Assembly: GCA_951406725.2 (NCBI GenBank)
Contig: OX597814.1
Location: forward strand, 209,932,001-209,996,000
Length of the DNA: 64,000 nt
Direction: 5' to 3'
DNA from: Octopus vulgaris
Lineage: Eukaryota
Below the pieces are notes generated by a model. It searched no databases, was not told the DNA's origin, and saw only the letters and a program-made list of their open reading frames with translations. Within the stretch, counting starts at the first letter, position 1. Every line of letters starts with the position of its first letter. Positions 54,250-64,000 of the stretch are shown here, in pieces. Made by a program: the position numbers and the translations under genes.

Positions 54250-55400
54250 GATATGAGTTACGTGTATAAACTGTATGAATCAGTCATAAACAGAATGTTG
54301 ACTGATTTAATGGTGGATAATGTAAGCTGTGTAAAGATTACATTTGAAGATAAAAAGAAAAATATAAAAGCTAAAAAAACTTTTGATATCATTCGAAATA
54401 GGATTAAATCCCTCTACATAAAGGTTTGGAATAATGTGTCTATCACACCTTTCTCAAATATTAGGAATGAAGATAATTCATGGCCGCGGTTATGTTCATT
54501 CTGAATTTATACATATTTCGTTTCTTGGCACAAATATTGTTAATGAATAGTCAGGGAGTTTGAATAATAGATTTGTTTTATCTCTTTTACAAGAGAATAA
54601 AAGGTTTAGCAAAATTTAACTATGTTTATTTAGGTGCCTGAAGATGCAGAGTTGTTGAAAATAATGAAGCGTAACTCATGTACTATGACTTATCTTTAAA
54701 CGCATAATATTGGCAAAGGTTAAAACAAATTCCCGGTAAGGCATTTACAATTACAGTGTTTCGCATTGCGGATGGTACTTATTGTATCGCCTTTTAACTT
54801 ACAATAAGTAACGCTAGAAGGATTAGAAGAGAAAATTAAAATGTAGCTAGTTTAAGACAGTAATGGATTTAGCTGGATTCATTATCAGTTCCGCTTTTAA
54901 CCACCCGATTTCAATATCGGATGACAAAAAAGCAATATCATATACATGGCCACCGATACAAAAGGAAATGTTGGCCTTCACTATTAGATTGAACCAATTT
55001 CATTTTGAAATACTTTGGAAATACGTTAACAAATTGCTGATAAGTTTATGGTAGCATACCGAGATAAAGAATAAGAAATGGAAAATAAAGTTTTGGCTGC
55101 AAATTTAATGAGAACAATAATGTTTGTAGATTACACAGGATTATAGAATAGGATAATTCTTGTATAGTGTACCTTGCTAAAAAAAATTGAAGCGGTATTC
55201 CTTATATTTCGGTATGGACAATGGCTGTGTTTAAAATGGATTCCGGGAAAAGAAACCAACTAAATTCAGTTGTAGCAAGATGTAAATTTTCAATTTACAG
55301 GGTTGATATCGCAAGTAAAGCATTTAGCAGTGTGGCCAAAAATCACAATTTGAGTTCAAAATCTATGATTTATAATACATTAATAAAAAGTGAAATGAAA
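54250..55400 (+). pseudogene. Possible very old RLE-type (R2/NeSL-like) LINE relic
   Basis: Weak motifs in the expected order: YKLYESVINRML, KKTFDII, YVYLGA, VCRL, VFKMDSGKRNQLNSVVAR..RVDI. Confidence 0.35.
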
Positions 55401-55777
55401 TGCATACTAGGTTATATCTATAAAAGTTTCTACTTTAAAGAATCATTAAGATGAAAAAATACACAAAAATATTGAGAATTCATTATATCTGAAAATAAAA
55501 AAAGATTTCGGTATAACATCAATAGCAAACAACATTCATAGCAATAGCAAAATTCATAAACAAGATTAATTATCAAAGCAGATTTGTAGCAATAGCAACG
55601 ACAATAGCAATAGAAAACATACACATAGCGAAATTGTAAAGCAAAAGAACTCAATGTTTTGTAAAATAGCAAGAAAGAAAAAAAATAAAAAGAAAAGTTA
55701 ATCGTTAGGATATTGGTAAAACATGCAAAATTCATCCAGGCTTAATTATTATATAAAAATCACTGAATGTATATACA

Positions 55778-57037
<1,260 letters not shown>

Positions 57038-57327
57038 TAAATGTGTTAATTTGTGGCGTACGTTATATTTATCGGAAATTCTGTTTTAGTATAAAATTAT
57101 TATATTCACCATTACAATTTTTTCAGGTAAGTTGTTATAAGGTTTCTTATATGCCTCTTCATAACTTGGAGTATTAAGGGCATTTTTTTTTCATCAAATT
57201 ATCTGAAAAGCTATATTCGGCGGAAATATAGTTTTCCGTAAAACGTGAATAGGCAGATAACAGAAAGACGAACGTACATACATGTAGACATACATACATA
57301 CATACATACATACATACAAACATACAT

Positions 57328-57380
<53 letters not shown>

Positions 57381-59269
57381 CATATGTATGTATATATGTG
57401 TGTGTGTATCTATTTTTGCATGTATATACATATTCATGTGCATATATATATATATATATACATACATATATACGTCACGATCATGTATACGTCTATGTAA
57501 AATACCTGTACATGCCTGTTATGCTTATAAACCTTTATATTTAGAAATACACATGTCGTAAATATGTGGTATAATGTAGACGCACGTAAAAATAAACAAG
57601 CACATACATATAGAGGAAGACATAAAGTTACTCACAGACATACTCACAGTATATGTATGTATATGTGAGTATGTGATATGCAGTATGGAATTAATTGCAC
57701 ACGCATAAAAATAATCTTTTTTCTCTCTGGTTGGCCTCGTGAATGATATTCAATTTGCCAAATAATTTAATAAAGACATAGTGATATAGCATATAAAATA
57801 AATGAATTAAAATACGTTTTATCGAAAAAAGTATACTCTCAAATTACAAGATGAATATAAATGATAAGTGACAAGACATCTGTATCTTATATTGGTGATC
57901 TGAACGACTTCTGTCAGTTAAAATCATGTTTGATTCCATGTGACCACAACGCTATCAGTTTAAAACTGCAGAGATTCTACGTATCTGTTACCTCTGAGTT
58001 TCCAAACACGAAATCATAGGCTATTGTCGAATATAAATTACTGAAGGAAATTAGCTACCAAACTGCCGCAAAATAGATGATATTTTCATATTCTCACTCA
58101 TACTAACAACTGTATCTTTATATAGACACACGCACACATTTAGATCCATATATATATACAAGTGTGTGTGTCTGTACGTGTGTGTACAAGCATACAAACA
58201 TGTATACATGTACACAGGCACATATATAGCTCATATAGGGGTTTGTTTGAGCAAACGTAACTATTAATCCTTCAAACAATTTTAAACATTGTACCTATAA
58301 ATTAAGTGCATCCAATAAATATTATCTCGTAAGTTCAGTCATTTTGAATTACGGAATTAGGAATATACTTAAATAACATTCTTTATTGGTGTTAAAAGAC
58401 TTGTAGTTGCGGCAAGTTAAAGAGTAATTGTAAGCTACCCATAGAATTAAGAGTAGTCTTACCTGAAGTTTTAAAGATCTTGCATAATAGTGTGATAGTC
58501 ATCACCGTAAAACGGTGTGCTAGCAGAACAAATTTTCATTTTCACTCTATAGAGTATTTACTCCAACCAATTCCTAAATTTCTCATTCATTGTAATGACT
58601 TATGGAAACATTGCGTAGTCAATTTCTGTATTTCTCAAGCCAGAAAGAATTTGATTTGTTAAAATAACCAATTTCTTGCATTAATCAGGATATTGATATA
58701 GAATATATTTTATCCAGTCTCTAGTTATTTCAGACGACATTCAGAAATGGTTTTATAGAAATATACTTAACCTATCTGAATGAATCTGGTGAATATATTT
58801 TTGATATTATATAACCATGTAATTGACTCGTTTGGCTGAGAAAAAAAAATAACAGAAAACGTAGTATGATTCAAAAGTAAAATTTGTTCTTTCTGACAAA
58901 AGAAAAATTGAGGAACATAATTTTTTCTTTCTGTCAAGTCATTCACAGGTAAATTTTTATGCTTCTCAACTGTTGCTCTCCTGCCAATCAATTAAGAAAA
59001 ACTGTTGTTTGGCAGGAGAGACGTGGCCTGTGATAACCATTGAAATGGCGAAGTGCCTACATCAGCTTTAGTAAGGAACCTTCTTCATTAAAAACAAATA
59101 AATGATTGATCGAATTACCATTATTTGAAGTAACGGCAAAACACTCCAGCCGAATTGATATAATTATGATGAAGAACATGTATTGAGTAGTTTCCATCTC
59201 TCTCTCCCCCTCTCTATCTCTATTTCTCTCTATCTCTTTACTACATATATATTCATACCTTCATACATA

Positions 59270-59308
<39 letters not shown>

Positions 59309-59719
59309 GCACAAAAATATTTGTATAATTTTATATCTGTTGGTTTCTTTGTGCCATATTTCACTTGTGGAGTAATTCATTTTTACTTTTAGTTTTCTTA
59401 AATTTATAAAGAATTTCATAACGTTTAAATTGAAACTCTTACTGGATTATATTAATTGACATTTTATAACAAGTTTATTTTTTTTATTTGCTAAAATATT
59501 TCAATAATGAATTATTGAACTTTACTTTTTAAAAAAGTATTGGAAATCTGTATTTCATTAACTTATAGGAAAATATGAAACTTTTCCATATGCTAAATCA
59601 ATATAGCAAATACGCAAACATACATCCTCTTACATACACGCATAGTGAGATATACACATACTATGTGTGCATGACTAAAATTATGCTTTTAGTTAAAAGT
59701 TTTTCTGTCAATGATTTAC

Positions 59720-59754
<35 letters not shown>

Positions 59755-59769
59755 TATTTACACATATAA

Positions 59770-59810
<41 letters not shown>

Positions 59811-62042
59811 TATATATATATGTGTGTGTGTATCTATGTATGTATACACAAACACACGTGTGTTCCTTTTCCTCCACTATTTTAGGCATAACAACTTAAT
59901 AGAAATGATTAGTATTGGTTGAAAATTAGTATACATCACGTTCAAGAAATATACTTTGCGTACTTTTATTAACAGTATTGTTATTATCATTGTTATTGCT
60001 GCTACTACTAATACTGACATTAAAAAAACAGCTAATTTATATTTTATCCATATCAGAAAACCAAGCCATTCAATGTTTGAACCTAAATTGCGGAGAACGG
60101 AAAATCTTAATTTAAAGTGTAATAGATATAAGAAAATAACCATTATAGAACGTATTTGAGTTTGGAAACATTGGTACAGATACGTGGTCAACTGAAGTTT
60201 TACGATAACAATGATACCCAATGACTGTAAATTATTTTTAATGTGGTGACCTCTAGGACCAACTATGAAGGAAAGTTAAAAGGGAAAATAAAATCCCAGT
60301 TGCTTCTTGCATTTGGTGTACATTTGTATTTCAATCTGAAGTCATCCAAATTTTCAGATAAAATACCTAAAATATCTGATTAAACTTGGATGTTTTCAAA
60401 GACTGAAATACACTGTACAAAACACAAAAGCTGCATTTATTAAAACCATTTCTTTGTGTTGGTTTACACAAGAAATCTTTAGTAAAAAATCAGATTTCGG
60501 TTGTACAAAGAAGATCCTATTAATTCATAATTTCTGTGCAATTTTGTTTTGAAAAAAAAATGAACGAAATATCTCAAAAGATATACAAATATAGATCGGG
60601 AATATTCAAACCATTTCATGTTTGCTCATACAAAAATGCATGGGTTTCTTCTTACATATTTACATAATAAAACACACACAACTAGACACACGTGCACAAA
60701 CACACACATATATACATATGTATGTATGAGTGTGTTTATGTGTGTGATCCTTGGAGCATATTTCTTATTTAAATTATTGATGTAAGATTTCAATAAGATA
60801 TATGCCCCAAATATTTTCTGCATGTAAAATATGCCTCTCTACATTTTTGTATTCGCTTTATATCATTTTAAAGATGATTATTCCCAAGTATAAAACTTCA
60901 CGAAAGCGAAGTTACAATTTTTCGACATATGCTTGTATAGTTTCGCCCATAGCAAAATCTTCTTGCAGCAGTAAATTTGGATATTTAAGCGACAAAAACG
61001 TTTGAGCAATCTACCAATTATCAGTTCAATTAACTATAACATGTATAATTAAACGATATTAATCTTCTCAAATTAACGCAGCCTGCTAATATAACATTTA
61101 TATCATCATGAAGTACATGACTACGATCCTAATTACTGTAGACACATTTGTCAAGACTTCACTTTCTGTAAATTTTCTCCTGCAAACTTTGTAAAATGTT
61201 TTATGGACCCGCATACGATGTTTTTCCTTATTGCGTGATAAAACGAATGTGAGAATATGTTTACAAGCATACAAGTGCGTATGCATATATATATATACAC
61301 AAATGGTTGCGAAGATATTTTCGGAAACACGATCTCATAGGTTCACTGCAATGTCTTCAGCAAATATCAGAGTTTATATTCGCGGGGAGATGCATAATTT
61401 TTCAATCACATTTGTTTGATGGAATCTGTATATAATTACTCATAGAATGTATATAATTACTATAGAGGATAGTTTAGATTATTTATCGACCCCACTATAT
61501 GGCTCGAACTTCTTTTCGATTGAGAAATGATTAAAACAAAAGTTAAATTCGCTCGAATTTGATCTGAAAGAATAAAGAGCTCGTAGAAAATCTACAAATT
61601 TAATTCGAAGCTCTAAAAATTCTCTCAACCCATCATGATTTTAATGATGTTTAATTTAGGTCAAAAGCTAGTATTCAGAAGGAAGTGAATTAGTTGGCCC
61701 AAAGATTCCAATAATTTACTGCTACTTTATTGTCATATCTTTCGTAGGCGTGAAAGGTTGGCCTCTTCGTAATATTCCTTTCCCTGCTTCAACCCATGCT
61801 ATGTTTGGGTATCTTTCAAACTACACCTTGAGCTTGTGCGTATGGAGTTGTATCTTTCACAAGATTTTTGAAAGATCACCCTGGTACACTGTTTGGGATA
61901 TGCTTCTCACTTCTCAGTGCAATACAGTTGTACTGCTTAACTGATGTACGCGCCTAGTCTACGTGTATATTCTTACACTGCACGATTCGAGAAGTCTGAC
62001 GTAATTTCATTCGTTTTAGTGTTCTGCATGCAACGTATTGAC

Positions 62043-62077
<35 letters not shown>

Positions 62078-62079
<2 letters not shown>

Positions 62080-62289
62080 GGCGGTGACCTGGCAGAATCC
62101 TTAGCACGCTGGACGAAATGTTTAGCGATATTTCTCCCGTCAGTATGTCTGAGTTCAAATTCCATTAAGGTCGAGTTTACCTTTCATCCTTTCGGGGTGG
62201 ATAAAATAAATACCAGTGAAACACTGGGGTCGATAAAATCAACTTATCCCCTCCCCCAATACCGCCGCTCTTGCAGCAAAATTTGAAAC

Positions 62290-62290
<1 letters not shown>
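62078..62290 (+). mobile_element. SINE family A, older subtype flanked by (TTA)n
   Basis: AAGGCGGTGACCTGGCAGAA head, tail ..CAAAATTTGAAACC, (ATT)n on both sides. Confidence 0.88.
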
Positions 62291-62339
<49 letters not shown>

Positions 62340-62395
62340 GTATCATTATTATTATTGTTGTTGTTATTATTATTATTATTATTATTATCATTATC

Positions 62396-62430
<35 letters not shown>

Positions 62431-62719
62431 CATTATCGTTATTATTATTATTATTATCATTATTATTATTGTTATTATTATTATTGAACATTTTATTTAT
62501 TCTTTTTGATAATTCCATTTTTCGAAGTTTATTGCTACTGGAAACAATACTATACATTGCATATGTCGAAAAAAGCGGGTCTTCCTTTGCACACGTCCTT
62601 CAAGATCTGATTAATTTCCCAACTCATCTGTATGACCCTAACAAACTGGGTGAGATCTCCTCAATTCTCAAGGGATTATTCCACTTACCTTCACAATCGA
62701 GCCATCAACCATGAAATAC

Positions 62720-63999
62720 AATACTGATCGACTGTGTTAATATTTAGTTCAGATTGCAAAGCGTCAGCCTTTTCTCTATACTTCATCTCATAATAAGATT
62801 TTACACACGACTGAATATCCTTAGTACTGATTTCATTAGATTTATCCCAACGTTATTTCCGAAAGTACCGTATTCGAAATCCACTAAACAGCAGTTTAAG
62901 CCAAACGTAAAACTTAATTGGGGCTTATTTTATGGACTATGGAATGATGACTGGCTAAATCGTCCACGATTCCGAAGATTTTTACCAAATGATCTGTCTT
63001 CACCTTTGGAGCCATTAGCAATATTTATAGTTCTAGAAAGCTTAAGCGCATTTATGTTAACTATGCCAACATTATGAATTGGTTCAGAAATCCAAAATAC
63101 AAAGTGTATTCATTATTGCCTTTATACTAAGTTCCTGTTTAGAATACATTATTGATTTTCGTTGTCGTTTGGAACATAAGTGGAACATGTATTAACGATA
63201 AATAATATGACGTTATTTGTGGAGAACATGATTTTATAATTCTCATATGGTGAGCAATAATTTAAAAGTAATTTACTGTTTTACTCAAAAGCAAATTCTT
63301 ATATATCATAGTTTATAACCAGAGCTTGCATTAGACTCTAGGATGTTTAAAAAAACTAACTTCAAACTAGGAATAGAGGAATAATATTATTCTGGTCTCC
63401 ACATGTTCGTGACTAGATTAATCTAACACAATATACGACATTCTCTAAAAATCGTATTTCATTTATTTTCTTTCTCTAAATGTTTTACATTATGCAGCAA
63501 CATAGTTATAGTTTTCCAAGGACCGTATTTGTTTACATTGCTTAACGGAAGAATCAGAAAAAGTAATAACAAATTCCTGAATTAAATAAACCGTAGGTAA
63601 CTTCACCATGGTTGGTTCGAACACACACACAAACACCCACCCCACACACAAATGTGCAATAATAACGGGAAATGTGTGCCGACTATTGGTGTCAGGTAAT
63701 GATATTTACCACGGTATTTAAAGTGAGCCAAAACAATATTGTATCAGACGCTGCTGCTGAAACGATTGATAGAATAAAATATTTAAAGAAAAAACCTAAT
63801 AGACTATTTTATGATTAATGTAATCACTAGTTGATTCTTAAATATTTTCATTTAATTTTGGCAATCTATTTCTTCCAGATTTTAGAAAGAAATATAATGT
63901 TATTGTTGTCTGACTTATGGTAGATTCATGTCAACCAGAGAAGGATATAATACGTCTATACCACTATTCGATAACATACTAACATAGTCGATCAGTATT
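62720..63999 (-). mobile_element. Putative decayed Tc1/mariner element (about 1.28 kb) with TIRs
   Basis: AATACTGATCGACTGTGTTA (62720-62739) vs TAACATAGTCGATCAGTATT (63980-63999), 19/20. Minus strand HSP*NKP..FYVW and RWDKSNEISTKDIQSCVKSY resemble the SPDLNP.D region and C-terminus. Confidence 0.5.
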
Positions 64000-64000
64000 A

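Noticed and set aside
59877-60221. ORF with transmembrane-like stretch LAVFLMSVLVVAAITMIITILLIK
   Set aside because: The hydrophobic run derives largely from degenerate GTA/GCA/ATA triplet repeats. No recognisable domain or strong splice donor.
61305-61362. Possible additional hammerhead on the minus strand (CTGAAGA...CGAAAA)
   Set aside because: No convincing stem II and the cleavage-site geometry does not fit.

Overview
AT-rich eukaryotic (animal) DNA made almost entirely of transposon debris and microsatellites. The SINE families and dense (TA)n/(AAT)n/(TATG)n tracts resemble an octopod genome (inference from memory of the repeat landscape, not a database result). I find no confident host gene, rRNA, true tRNA or CRISPR array, so this is probably intergenic DNA or a large intron. 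Most listed ORFs are microsatellite translations. Supported elements: three tRNA-derived SINE families (called A, B, C here), a decayed RTE LINE, a young 5'-truncated R4/Dong-like LINE inserted in (TAA)n plus an older R4/Dong fragment, CR1-type fragments, at least four Penelope-like (PLE) RT or GIY-YIG coding remnants, two non-autonomous Helitrons, Tc1/mariner relics and several long fold-back palindromes. The most interesting signal is RNA-structural: six hammerhead-ribozyme-like motifs in short non-coding repeats. One is nearly canonical (32530-32577). Another lies in a small element that joins a tRNA-derived Pol III head, a hammerhead and inverted termini (1136-1547), a candidate ribozyme-bearing, PLE-mobilised SINE/retrozyme.
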